64,000 nt of DNA, from the NCBI GenBank assembly GCA_963733035.1, contig CAVTBU010000005.1:1248001-1312000 (forward strand), given 5' to 3'. The stretch comes from Pirellulales bacterium (GTDB taxonomy: Bacteria > Planctomycetota > Planctomycetia > Pirellulales > PALSA-1355). Under the pieces are notes generated by a model. The model made no database searches. It saw only the letters and a program-made list of their open reading frames with translations, and was not told the DNA's origin. The position numbers were made by a program, and so were the translations under genes. This document shows, one piece after another, positions 52,811 through 62,467 of this stretch. Position 1 is the first letter of the stretch; each line of letters opens with the position of its first letter.

Positions 52811-54736
52811 CTATGCCGTCAATGTGCGGTTGTCTTCGCCCGCGCGCTGCTTCAGTTGCGCGATCAACCGCAATATCGAGTTGTCGATCGGCTTGCTAAT
52901 GCAGGCGTTGCAACCCGACCGTCGAGACTGTTGCAACTCCTCGGGCCGAGCGTGCGCGGTCAGGGCGACAATCAAGCCCGGGTATTCCTGCTCGCGCAAC
53001 CGCTCCGTCGCGGTGAAGCCGTCCAGCATCGGCATTTGCACGTCCATCAGGATGACGTCGAAGGGGCTTCCGTTTCGCTGGGCCGCCAGAGCGACGCGGA
53101 CGGCCTCTGCGCCGTTGTCGACCGCCGTCACTTGCGCGCCCGACCGTTCCAACACGAAGGTCACAAGCTCCTGGTTGTCGGGACTGTCCTCGGCAACCAA
53201 GATCCGGCAGTTTTCCAGATCGCTGACTCCGGCGGCTTGAGTCTCGTCTGCTACGGCGGACGCCGTCCATGCCGGCGCGACGTCGGTTTGCGGTTGATTG
53301 ATGCCGACCGTGACAACAAAGTTGCTCCCTTTGCCCGGCTCGCTTTGCACGGCAATGTCACCCCCCAGCAAATTCGCCAGCTGTTTGCTGATCCAGAGTC
53401 CAAGGCCGCTACCGCCAAAGAGTCGACTGGTGGTTTCGTCGCCTTGCGCAAAAGGATGGAACAGGTTTTCAATTTGGCGAGGAGTCAGGCCGATTCCTTG
53501 ATCCCGAATTTCAAAACGCATGCACGGGTCGCCTGCCGGGCCGTTCGACAACATCCGGATTCGCACCTCGCCGCGAGAACTGAACTTGATCGCGTTGCTC
53601 ACGAGGTTGAGCAGAATTTGTCGCAGCCGCAGGGGGTCGGAATGGATGGTCTCGGGAACGTCATCGCCGCATTCCACGACCAGAGGCAATCCCTTCGCGT
53701 CGGCACGCACCTGCAAGAGCTGCACCACTTCGCCGACAATTTGCCGCGGCGAACAGCGCAGCATTTCGACGGCCAGCTTGCCGGACTCAATACGCGACAG
53801 GTCGAGAATATCGTCGACCAGTTGCAACAGGAATTCGCTGTTGCGCTTGATCGTGCGAGCCGCCTTGATCGACTCGCCATCGATCAGGTTGGAAACCAGG
53901 ACGTCAGCGTAGCCGAGTATGGCGGTCAGCGGCGTGCGAATTTCGTGGCTGACCGTGGCCACCAGATGGCTCTTGGCGGCATTGGCCTCCTCGGCGGCCG
54001 CGCGGGCCTGTTGCAACTCGGAAGCCTGCCGATGCAACTCGTCGCGCACACGCTCGAGCCGTTCGGTATAGTCCCGGTAATTGGCAGTCCGCTCGCGATA
54101 CTGCAATTCGAGCCGGCGATTGCTCTCTTCGATCCGCGCTTGTCCGATTGAAAAAAGCCAGGTCTCTCGATCACTCAGGCGAATTGCCAGCACGAGTGCG
54201 CAAACCTCGAACAGGATAAATCCCAGCCGCTCCCATTCGTAGATTGCCGCCTGACTGTCGAACGGCCAAAGATCCGCGCGCAGGATGTCGCGCCCAATGT
54301 AGGTCGCCGTCGCTGTGAGCAAGATCCGCCAGTCGCGGTAGCAGGCTAGGATCGCCAAGGCGCCAAACACCGGGAAATGCGAGCCTAGTCGTCCGCCGGT
54401 ATGCTCCATCAGCAACGTCGACCAAATAATCAGCGCAACAGCAACGGCATGACGCGTGAGCGGCCTGCCTGGAATGCACCACATCAGCCCGAGCGGAATG
54501 CCGCTGACAAATGCGCCTCCGACGATGACCCAGGTTATGACCGGCGGGCTTTGAAGGCCCGTGGAAGGCGAGACCAGGGCGATGCCGGCGATTGCCGCCA
54601 GCCACTCAAGAATCAACACCCAGGCGAACAGGCGATCGACACGCCACCCCACGGCGCGCAATTGCTCGGCCACGAGCTCAGCGGCTCGCGCTTCGGCGCG
54701 GTTGGACTGTTCGGCGTCTGCGGCGTGTTGTATCAC
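52811..54736 (-). CDS. Membrane hybrid sensor histidine kinase/response regulator
   Basis: TM sensor region, SHEIRTPL H-box, NLVSNAIKF, DQGIG, GSGLGL, C-terminal REC (ILMDVQMP). GTG start after GGGGAG is inferred. Confidence 0.92.
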   Translation of the reverse strand: MIQHAADAEQSNRAEARAAELVAEQLRAVGWRVDRLFAWVLILEWLAAIAGIALVSPSTGLQSPPVITWVIVGGAFVSGIPLGLMWCIPGRPLTRHAVAVALIIWSTLLMEHTGGRLGSHFPVFGALAILACYRDWRILLTATATYIGRDILRADLWPFDSQAAIYEWERLGFILFEVCALVLAIRLSDRETWLFSIGQARIEESNRRLELQYRERTANYRDYTERLERVRDELHRQASELQQARAAAEEANAAKSHLVATVSHEIRTPLTAILGYADVLVSNLIDGESIKAARTIKRNSEFLLQLVDDILDLSRIESGKLAVEMLRCSPRQIVGEVVQLLQVRADAKGLPLVVECGDDVPETIHSDPLRLRQILLNLVSNAIKFSSRGEVRIRMLSNGPAGDPCMRFEIRDQGIGLTPRQIENLFHPFAQGDETTSRLFGGSGLGLWISKQLANLLGGDIAVQSEPGKGSNFVVTVGINQPQTDVAPAWTASAVADETQAAGVSDLENCRILVAEDSPDNQELVTFVLERSGAQVTAVDNGAEAVRVALAAQRNGSPFDVILMDVQMPMLDGFTATERLREQEYPGLIVALTAHARPEELQQSRRSGCNACISKPIDNSILRLIAQLKQRAGEDNRTLTA

Positions 54737-54947
54737 GACCAGATCTCCCCGACCTCGCTTGCGATGCGCGCTGGCCACGCCAGGGGAGTCAACGATCGCA
54801 TTGCCCCGCGTAGAACGTGCGCGCAAGCTGTCAGATGCTTGAACGAGCGCCGGGGCAAATCAGATGCCCGCGCCCCCAACTCTACTCTTGGAATTGGCAA
54901 ACCGCGGGCGGGCGCACGGGTTGGCCGAGTCGTGTCGATTGTTCCGA

Positions 54948-54967
54948 CAAATAGAGCCAAATAGAGC
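54948..54967. repeat. Perfect 10-bp tandem direct repeat in the kinase/HD-GYP divergent region
   Basis: CAAATAGAGC occurs twice in tandem. Confidence 0.7.
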
Positions 54968-55149
54968 GAGCGTTCCCTGACGGACATGGCGGCACGCCGC
55001 CCAGCGCGGCCAAATCCCGATCACACAAGTCCAAACCACGTCATGGCTTACTCGTTTGACACGGGACTGGCTGCGGTCTACGGTTCCAAGGCCCCGAATG
55101 AGTCGAATTAGTTGCCTCCGCCCTAGCGGCACTGTGTGGAGCCCAGGTG

Positions 55150-56178
55150 ATGCAGGTTCTTGTCGTCGACGACAATCCGATTGCCGTGGACATGTTGGAA
55201 AAAACTCTCCAACGTGCAGGGTACAAGGTGCTGACCGCGAGCAACGGCCGAGCGGCTCTTCAAATTCTCGAACGAGGCACTTGTCAGTTCGTGATTACCG
55301 ACTGGGAGATGCCGCAGATGTCGGGGCTCGAACTTTGCCGGCGAATCCGGCAATTGACGACGCTCAACTACATCTACGTGATTCTACTCACCGCGCGCCG
55401 CGACGCATCGGACTCGATTGAAGGCATGACCGCCGGTGCCGACGATTTCATCGTTAAGCCGTTCCAACCCAGCGAGCTCGTGCTGCGGCTGCGGGCCGGC
55501 GAACGGCTGTTGGCCCTGGAAACGCGTGAATTGCTCATCTTTACGCTGGCGAAACTGGCCGAATCGCGAGACAGCGACACGGGCGCCCACCTGGAGCGGG
55601 TGCGTAACTATTCACGAATCATCGCCGAGCACCTTTCGCACCTGCCGAAGTATCGAAGCGTGATCAACGCGGAGTTCGTGCGGCTGATCTTCCTCACGAG
55701 TCCACTGCACGACATTGGCAAAGTCGCCATTCCCGACCACGTGTTGTTAAAGCCCGGCCCTCTCACCGAGGAAGAGTTCACGGTCATGAAGACCCATACC
55801 ACTCGGGGCGCCGAGACGCTGGACGCCGCGTTGCAACATTACCCCGCGGCCCGCTTTCTGAGGATGGCACGAGACATTGCCGCGAGCCATCACGAATGGT
55901 ACGACGGCTCCGGCTATCCGCGCGGATTGGCGGGCGACGAAATCCCGCTGCCCGGCCGCATCGTGGCGCTAGCCGATACATACGATGCCTTGACCAGCAA
56001 GCGGGTCTACAAGGATGCCTTCACGCACGAAAAGGCAAAGGCCACGGTCGTCAAAGGTCGCGGCAAGCATTTCGACCCCGACATCGTCGACGCCTTCCTG
56101 GCGAATGAAGCAAAGTTCGTTCAGGTGCAACAATCCCTCGCCGACAAAGCTTCCAGCCCGGAACTGGCGACTGTTTAG
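55150..56178 (+). CDS. REC-HD-GYP response regulator, probable cyclic di-GMP phosphodiesterase
   Basis: REC (VVDD, TDWEMP, KPF), LHDIGK, HHEWYDGSGYP, ADTYDAL, HFDP. Confidence 0.93.
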   Translation: MQVLVVDDNPIAVDMLEKTLQRAGYKVLTASNGRAALQILERGTCQFVITDWEMPQMSGLELCRRIRQLTTLNYIYVILLTARRDASDSIEGMTAGADDFIVKPFQPSELVLRLRAGERLLALETRELLIFTLAKLAESRDSDTGAHLERVRNYSRIIAEHLSHLPKYRSVINAEFVRLIFLTSPLHDIGKVAIPDHVLLKPGPLTEEEFTVMKTHTTRGAETLDAALQHYPAARFLRMARDIAASHHEWYDGSGYPRGLAGDEIPLPGRIVALADTYDALTSKRVYKDAFTHEKAKATVVKGRGKHFDPDIVDAFLANEAKFVQVQQSLADKASSPELATV

Positions 56179-56384
56179 CGCCGAACTTTCTGAATTCGAC
56201 AAACGGAGCCGCAGTCTTTAGGCCGTTCGATCGAATTCCCGTTCTGCGGGCGGCGACGTCTGCCGTGAGGGCTTCGTTTCATAGGAATCGCCGGTGGCCA
56301 GCGGTCTTGGGTGCCAAATAGGTGGTAAACTAAACTTGGCCCGCCTTCTTCTCCCTCACTCACCCGCCCACCGGAGGAACTGTC

Positions 56385-56741
56385 GTGCGAAAGCTTTTTT
56401 TGGCTGGTGCCGTCGCCTTTGCGACCTGCAGCGCCACCGCGGCCATGGCCGAGGATATCGTGGTCGAAGCCCTGCGCGTCGAGACGGCCGGCCCCCCCTG
56501 CCAGTTGCCGACGACCAAGGTGTATCGAATCAAACCCGAGTATTGCCCGCAGGCGCTCGTTTATATGATTCCCCAAGTTGTCGGCCCGGCCTGTAGCGGT
56601 TGCAATTGCGGCCCCTACGGGATTCCGCCGATCTACGCCTCGGGACAGAACGTTCTCGTGCGGCAAACGCCGGAGGTTCAGGAACGGATCACCGAGTTCT
56701 TGACGGAAATGGGCGCGCTGGTGCCGTCGAAGAAGCTCTAG
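56385..56741 (+). CDS. Small secreted protein with a secretin-N/NolW-like segment
   Basis: GGAGG RBS, signal peptide ending AMA, TKVYRI...VLVRQTPEVQERITEFL. Confidence 0.7.
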   Translation: MRKLFLAGAVAFATCSATAAMAEDIVVEALRVETAGPPCQLPTTKVYRIKPEYCPQALVYMIPQVVGPACSGCNCGPYGIPPIYASGQNVLVRQTPEVQERITEFLTEMGALVPSKKL

Positions 56742-56819
56742 GCCGATCGCCTGCGCAAAACGTCGGCCGCGACTTGCGCGCGATCGACATCGTGCCGAGT
56801 GAATGCGCCGGCACCGTGC

Positions 56820-56848
56820 TTGCGCCGCGGGCCGGCATGCCCTATAAT
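56820..56848 (+). promoter_or_regulatory. Sigma-70 promoter of glcDEF
   Basis: TTGCGC (56820-56825), 17 bp, TATAAT (56843-56848). Confidence 0.65.
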
Positions 56849-56895
56849 GTGGGTTTGCAGCCATCGGTGTTCCGGCCTTAGCAGGTTCTTGATCC

Positions 56896-58335
56896 GTGAT
56901 TTCGTCCGCACTGTTGCCGGTCGCCAATGCACTTCGCCGCGCGGTGGGCGACGAAAACGTCTTGGCCGCCCACTCGGACCTCGTCGTCTTTGAGTGCGAC
57001 GGGTTTGTCATCGAAAAGAATTGTCCCGACGTGGTCGTCTTTCCGCGCACGACGGACGACGTGGCGGCCATTGTGCGCGTGTGCAATGAGCACCATGTAT
57101 CCTTCCTGCCACGCGGCGCAGGCACGAGCCTGGCCGGCGGTTGCCTGCCGGTCGGAGGTGGCGTGATGATCGTGCTCACGCGGATGAAACAGATTCTGGA
57201 AATCAACCTCCGCGACCGCTACGCGGTCGTGCAGCCGGGCGTGGTCAACCTGTGGCTCACCAATGCCCTCAAGGGAACGGGATATCATTACGCCCCCGAT
57301 CCGTCGAGTCAGGGTGCTTGTACAATTGGCGGCAACGTGGCCACGAACTCCGGCGGACCGCATACGCTCAAGTACGGCGTGACGGTAAACCACACGCTGG
57401 GTATCGAAGCCGTGATGGCCGATGGTTCGATCGCGCAGTTTGGAGGGCCGGCCGAAGATCAAACCGGTCTCGATCTGCCCGGGACGCTGGTGGGCAGCGA
57501 AGGCACGCTGGCGATTGTGACCAAGGTTTGGGTGCGGCTAACCAAGAATCCCGAGGGAGTGCGCACGTTGTTGGGCGTCTTCGATTCCGTCGACGACGCA
57601 ACCAATTCGATCAGCGAGATTATCGGCGCGGGAATCATTCCCGCCGCGCTCGAAATGATGGACCAGGGCATCCTCGCTGCGGTCGAAGCCGCGTTTCGTT
57701 TCGGCTTCCCGCTTGACGCACAGGCGATTCTTTTGATCGAGGTCGACGGTCTCGAAGTCGGGCTCGACGCGCAGCGCGATCGAATCATCGAATTGTGCGA
57801 GAAGTGCGGTGCCCGCGAAGTGCGCCAGGCGCGCGATGCCCAGGAGCGGTTGTTGCTCTGGAAGTCGCGCAAGCAGGCCTTCGGCGCCGTCGGCCGCCTT
57901 AGCCCCAGCTACTGCACGCAGGACGGAGTCGTTCCGCGCACAAAACTTCCGCACATCTTGCGGCGGATCATGGAAATCGGACAGAAATTCAACATCCGAA
58001 TCGTGAATGTATTTCATGCGGGTGATGGAAACATTCATCCAATCTTGCTGTTTGATGAGCGCGATGCGGAACAAGTCGAACGCGTGCTCGCGGCCAGCGG
58101 CGAGATACTCGATGAATGCATCGCGAGTGGTGGCAGCGTGACCGGAGAGCACGGCATCGGCGTCGAAAAGATCAGCTTCATGCGAAAGCTCTTCAACGAT
58201 GACGATCTCGCGGCGATGGCCCGGCTTCACGACGCATTTAACCCCGAAAATTGCCTGAGTCCGGCCAAGATGCTGCCCACGTCCGGCGCCTGCGGGCTCG
58301 AGCAAGTTCATCCCGGCCGACGCGCTGCCATGTGA
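56896..58335 (+). CDS. glcD: Glycolate oxidase subunit D (FAD-linked oxidase)
   Basis: PRGAGTSLAGG, APDPSS...TIGGNVATNSGG, GSEGTL, HAGDGNIHP, GEHGIG. Confidence 0.92.
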   Translation: MISSALLPVANALRRAVGDENVLAAHSDLVVFECDGFVIEKNCPDVVVFPRTTDDVAAIVRVCNEHHVSFLPRGAGTSLAGGCLPVGGGVMIVLTRMKQILEINLRDRYAVVQPGVVNLWLTNALKGTGYHYAPDPSSQGACTIGGNVATNSGGPHTLKYGVTVNHTLGIEAVMADGSIAQFGGPAEDQTGLDLPGTLVGSEGTLAIVTKVWVRLTKNPEGVRTLLGVFDSVDDATNSISEIIGAGIIPAALEMMDQGILAAVEAAFRFGFPLDAQAILLIEVDGLEVGLDAQRDRIIELCEKCGAREVRQARDAQERLLLWKSRKQAFGAVGRLSPSYCTQDGVVPRTKLPHILRRIMEIGQKFNIRIVNVFHAGDGNIHPILLFDERDAEQVERVLAASGEILDECIASGGSVTGEHGIGVEKISFMRKLFNDDDLAAMARLHDAFNPENCLSPAKMLPTSGACGLEQVHPGRRAAM

Positions 58336-58367
58336 CCGCGCTCCGTGCCCTGGTAAGAACGACGACC

Positions 58368-59618
58368 ATGACCGCCTTAGCCGACCAACTGCCGCTCTCC
58401 GAAACACAAACGCCTAACGACCAGCCGGCGTTGGCGGCGGCGTTGGCCAGCGCCAATGCAGGGTCGACGGCCGTGTATCCGATTGGCGGCGGCACGAGCC
58501 TTGACTACGGCCTGCCGGCCACGACGCCCGGCCTCGGGCTTGTACTCACGGGTTTGAACCGTGTCGTCGACTATCCGGCGCGCGACATGACCGTCACCGT
58601 CGAGGCCGGCATTACGCTGGCCGAGCTTGCCAACACGTTGGCCACCGAACGGCAATGGCTGCCGGTCGAAGGGGCGCAGCCGCAACAGGCGACAATCGGC
58701 GGCCTGATGGCGACAGCCTTCAGCGGACCGCGCCGTTATGGTTACGGAACAATGCGCGACTATGTGATCGGCATGACAGCCATCGACGTGAGGGGGGTAC
58801 CCTTCAAGGCCGGCGGTCGCGTCGTAAAAAACGTGGCCGGCTATGACTTTTGCAAGCTGCTCACCGGCTCGCTCGGCACGCTGGGTGTGATCTCGCAGGT
58901 AACTCTCAAAGTTCGGCCCATTCCCGAGTGCTCGGCTTTGCTGTCGTGCGAACTACGCGATCTCGAGGTGGCCGAAAAACTGCTGGCCGCCATCGTACAG
59001 TCGCGCACCACGCCGGCGGCGGTCGAACTGCTCTGCGGACCGATGTGGCGGCAGCACGCGAGCCTCGGCTCGCTTACGGCGGGTACGATTGGCCGTTTGG
59101 TCGTCGGACTGGAAGGGGCCGAAAGTGAAGTCAACTGGATGCTCGGCCAATTGTCCGCTGAATGGCGAGAATTGGGCATCGCGACGGCGCACGCGGTCAC
59201 GGGCGAGGCGACAGCGAAGCTGTGGGAAAGCCTTCAGGAGTTTGCCGCACTTCCCGATGCGCCCTTGGTGCTCAAGGCCAGCGTCGTACCCAGCCGCACA
59301 ACCGCCTTCGTGCAACTCGTGCGGCAGCTCGATCCGGATGCTTCCATCCAAGCCCACGCAGGTAGTGGGATTGTCCTTGTCCGCTTTGAGAAGTTTGACG
59401 CCGGCGACATCTCGCGCGGTTTAGTCGCCAAGCTGCACCCGGCGGCCCAACGTGCCGGCGGGGGGGCGGTCGTGCTGTCGAGCACGCTCGATGGCTGGAC
59501 GCGCGAGGCACGGTGGGGAAACGTGACTTCGGCCGCACCGTGGATGGCAAAAATCAAGCGGCAGTTCGACCCTCAGAACCTGCTCAATCCGGGCCGGTTT
59601 GCGTACGATATCAATTGA
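58368..59618 (+). CDS. glcE: Glycolate oxidase FAD-binding subunit E
   Basis: GGRVVKNVAGYDFCKLLTGSLGTLG; KRQFDPQNLLNPGR. Confidence 0.9.
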   Translation: MTALADQLPLSETQTPNDQPALAAALASANAGSTAVYPIGGGTSLDYGLPATTPGLGLVLTGLNRVVDYPARDMTVTVEAGITLAELANTLATERQWLPVEGAQPQQATIGGLMATAFSGPRRYGYGTMRDYVIGMTAIDVRGVPFKAGGRVVKNVAGYDFCKLLTGSLGTLGVISQVTLKVRPIPECSALLSCELRDLEVAEKLLAAIVQSRTTPAAVELLCGPMWRQHASLGSLTAGTIGRLVVGLEGAESEVNWMLGQLSAEWRELGIATAHAVTGEATAKLWESLQEFAALPDAPLVLKASVVPSRTTAFVQLVRQLDPDASIQAHAGSGIVLVRFEKFDAGDISRGLVAKLHPAAQRAGGGAVVLSSTLDGWTREARWGNVTSAAPWMAKIKRQFDPQNLLNPGRFAYDIN

Positions 59619-59646
59619 GCCTCCGCCAAATTGCCGACTCCATCGC

Positions 59647-60975
59647 ATGAAACAGTCGTCCACCGAGAACGCCGCCACGCCTGCCGAACCTGCTCCCAAT
59701 CCGGGTGCCGGCATCGACTACGGACTGTTTCTCGATTGCGTGCACTGTGGACTCTGTACCTCGGCCTGTCCGACCTATGTCGAGACAGGTAACGAAAACG
59801 ACAGTCCGCGCGGCCGCATCTACTTGATGCGCAGCGTCACGGATGGCCGCTTGGAATTGACACATGAAGTGCGGAGGCATTTGGAACTCTGCCTCGATTG
59901 TCGGGCTTGCGAAACGGCCTGCCCCTCAGGCGTGCAGTACGGCAAGCTGATTGAGCCCTTTCGAGTGGCCATGGAGGCCGGTGGTGAACAAACCAAGTCG
60001 CAAGATTGGTTCCATCGCTGGATTCTGTTCCGGCTGTTCCCTTATCCCAATCGACTACGCGCCGCGTTGGCCCCAGCGCGAGTGGCGCAAATGCTCCGGC
60101 TCGACCGGGCCGTACGAGCCAGCGGTTTGTTGCGATTGCTGCCCCCCAGGCTGCGACAGTTGGCCGACATGCTGCCGCCGCTAGGCAAACGGCAGCCGGC
60201 ATTGCCCTCGCATTTGCCTCCAATCGGCAAGCGGCGGGCACGCGTGGCGCTGTTCACGGGGTGCGTCGGCGACGCGATCTTCCGCTCGACCAATTGGGCC
60301 ACGGCTCGCGTGTTGCAACACAACGGCTGCGAGGTACTGGTTCCCAAACATCAAGCCTGTTGTGGTGCGATTCATTTTCATGCCGGCAGCAGCGAACCTG
60401 CTCAAGAATTCGCCGACGCAAACGTGGCCGCCTTCAACGAGGACGACGTTGACGCCGTGATCGTGAACGTCGCCGGCTGTGGGGCGATGCTCAAGGACTA
60501 CGGACATCACTGGCACGACGTGCGTCAACCGATGCGAGAAGCCTTTGCCGCAAAGGTTCAAGATGTAAACCAGTTCCTCGACGCGCTCGGCCTCGTTCCG
60601 CCTCCCGGCAAGATCCCGCTGGTCGCCACCTATCACGACGCCTGCCACCTGGGTCATGCGCAAAAGGTGCGCGAAGCTCCACGACGAATTTTGGCCAAGA
60701 TCCCCGGCCTGCAGCTGCGCGAATTGCCCGAGAGCGAACTCTGCTGCGGAGCAGCAGGCACTTACAACCTGACCGAGCCCGAGATGGCAGCCCGACTCAG
60801 TCGGCGAAAGCTCGACAACATCCTGAGCACGGGCGCAGAATGCCTGATCACCGCAAATGCCGGCTGCCAACTGCAAATTGCCCGCGAGGCCCGCGCCCGC
60901 GGCCAGAAACTGTGGGTCGTACACCCCCTGGATTTATTGGACATGAGCTATCGACGCGAGCAACCGAATCGTTAG
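59647..60975 (+). CDS. glcF: Glycolate oxidase iron-sulfur subunit F
   Basis: CVHCGLCTSACPTY, CLDCRACETACPSGV, two CCG domains. Confidence 0.92.
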   Translation: MKQSSTENAATPAEPAPNPGAGIDYGLFLDCVHCGLCTSACPTYVETGNENDSPRGRIYLMRSVTDGRLELTHEVRRHLELCLDCRACETACPSGVQYGKLIEPFRVAMEAGGEQTKSQDWFHRWILFRLFPYPNRLRAALAPARVAQMLRLDRAVRASGLLRLLPPRLRQLADMLPPLGKRQPALPSHLPPIGKRRARVALFTGCVGDAIFRSTNWATARVLQHNGCEVLVPKHQACCGAIHFHAGSSEPAQEFADANVAAFNEDDVDAVIVNVAGCGAMLKDYGHHWHDVRQPMREAFAAKVQDVNQFLDALGLVPPPGKIPLVATYHDACHLGHAQKVREAPRRILAKIPGLQLRELPESELCCGAAGTYNLTEPEMAARLSRRKLDNILSTGAECLITANAGCQLQIAREARARGQKLWVVHPLDLLDMSYRREQPNR

Positions 60976-61022
60976 AGTGCGATCGCTGTTTGATCCGGGC
61001 TGGTCCCTTGCGCGCCGGTGTC

Positions 61023-61949
61023 TCAAGCCGCCTCGCAGGCGAAGCGCTCGGCGAAGGTTTCAATTTCGAGTGCCATGAGCCGCTGCACGAGCTCGGTCGG
61101 CGCCGGTCGACGTAGCGGTTCTTTGGCAAGCATCTGCTGAACGAGCCGCGCGGCACGCAACGGAATTTGCGGTGCCAAGCAGCGGACATCGCTGGGCAAC
61201 TGCTGCCGATGCTGGAGTGCCAACTCGGATACGTCTTCCGCGTCGAACGGCAAACGGCCGGTCAGCATCTCGAACAACATGACGCCCAGACTATAAACGT
61301 CGCTCTGCACGTCACCACCGACGGAGGAATAGAGCAACTCGGGGGCCATGTAGCTGATCGTTCCCAGCAGTGGTCGCTCGGCAATTGTGCCTCGCGACGA
61401 AGCTTCACTGGCAAAGCCTAAATCGATGAGTGTCGCATGGCCAGATGGCGAGAGCATTAAATTGCTCGGCTTCACGTCGCCATGCGCCCAACCGGCACAT
61501 TCCAACGCGGCGATGCCCTGGGCAGCCTGTCGTGCAATCCAGCACAACACCGGCAAGTCAAGCGCCGGCCCAAGCTCCAACTGCACGGCCAACGTGCAAC
61601 CTTCCAAGAGCGGCATCGCCAGGTAGTATGGCCGCGTCTCCAACTCGGCCGCCAGAATTGGCACGACGTGCGGATCGCAGACTCGGCGCGCAACCTGGAC
61701 TTCGCGCTTGAGAAGTGCCAGTCCGGCCGGGTCAGATTGCCACTCCGCACGAAGTATTTTCAACGCATACGCGGCCGGCTGATTCAGCGAGCTTCCCGCG
61801 GCTCGAGCCGAGTACACTTCGCAAAGAGTTCCACTGCCGATTCGTTCGACAGGCTCCCAGGTTCCAAGTCGGAAGGGAAGCGTTGTATCAGTTTCCGGCG
61901 GCACACTGCGCGAACGAAGCGACCGATTTTGACGGGATGTCAAAGCCAT
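61023..61949 (-). CDS. Hanks-type serine/threonine protein kinase
   Basis: IGSG...YALK, HGDVKPSN, DLG, GTISYMAPE, SDVYSLG. Start at 61949 or 62015. Confidence 0.92.
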   Translation of the reverse strand: MALTSRQNRSLRSRSVPPETDTTLPFRLGTWEPVERIGSGTLCEVYSARAAGSSLNQPAAYALKILRAEWQSDPAGLALLKREVQVARRVCDPHVVPILAAELETRPYYLAMPLLEGCTLAVQLELGPALDLPVLCWIARQAAQGIAALECAGWAHGDVKPSNLMLSPSGHATLIDLGFASEASSRGTIAERPLLGTISYMAPELLYSSVGGDVQSDVYSLGVMLFEMLTGRLPFDAEDVSELALQHRQQLPSDVRCLAPQIPLRAARLVQQMLAKEPLRRPAPTELVQRLMALEIETFAERFACEAA

Positions 61950-62120
61950 GGGCGGGAGACGACAGGTGGGTGGGGCGAACGCGAGGGGGGAAGAAGGGAT
62001 GCTAACGGTGGTCATCGGCAACTTCTGCTGGCAAAGTTGAGCGATCGTGCCACGTTGGCCGAATGTAGGTGCTGTGCCAGCAGGGCAAATCATCTCCTGC
62101 GCGTGGTCCCAACGCAACCC

Positions 62121-62149
62121 TTGCGACCGGCTCCAAGTCGTTTTAGAAT
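62121..62149 (+). promoter_or_regulatory. Sigma-70 promoter of the mini-lipoprotein gene
   Basis: TTGCGA (62121-62126), 17 bp, TAGAAT (62144-62149). Confidence 0.6.
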
Positions 62150-62196
62150 CGCTGTTTTCGTTCGCGTGAACCCGGTACTTGTGAAGGGAGTTCCAG

Positions 62197-62310
62197 ATGA
62201 ATTGGAAGCTGAGTGTGGTCGCCGTGTTGTTGGGCATTTTCTCGATCGGCTTGCTGGTTGGTTGTGAGGCAAAGAAGCCCGAAGCTCCAGCACCCAACAC
62301 GACGTCCTAA
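62197..62310 (+). CDS. Very small lipoprotein (37 aa; 15-aa mature peptide)
   Basis: AAGGGAG RBS; MNWKLSVVAVLLGIFSIGLLVG-CEAKKPEAPAPNTTS with lipobox LVG-C. Confidence 0.75.
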   Translation: MNWKLSVVAVLLGIFSIGLLVGCEAKKPEAPAPNTTS

Positions 62311-62467
62311 CCCGGCCCGGGCAAGACGCCGGAGTTGCGGACGCCAGTTACACCGCGACCGCAACTGCGGCGTCGGCAACTCCTGTCCACCGGCCCCAAG
62401 TGGGCGACGATTTTCCAGTTCGCGCGGGCTTGAAAAACCTCTCACCTCAGGCAAGAGGACTCACGGC

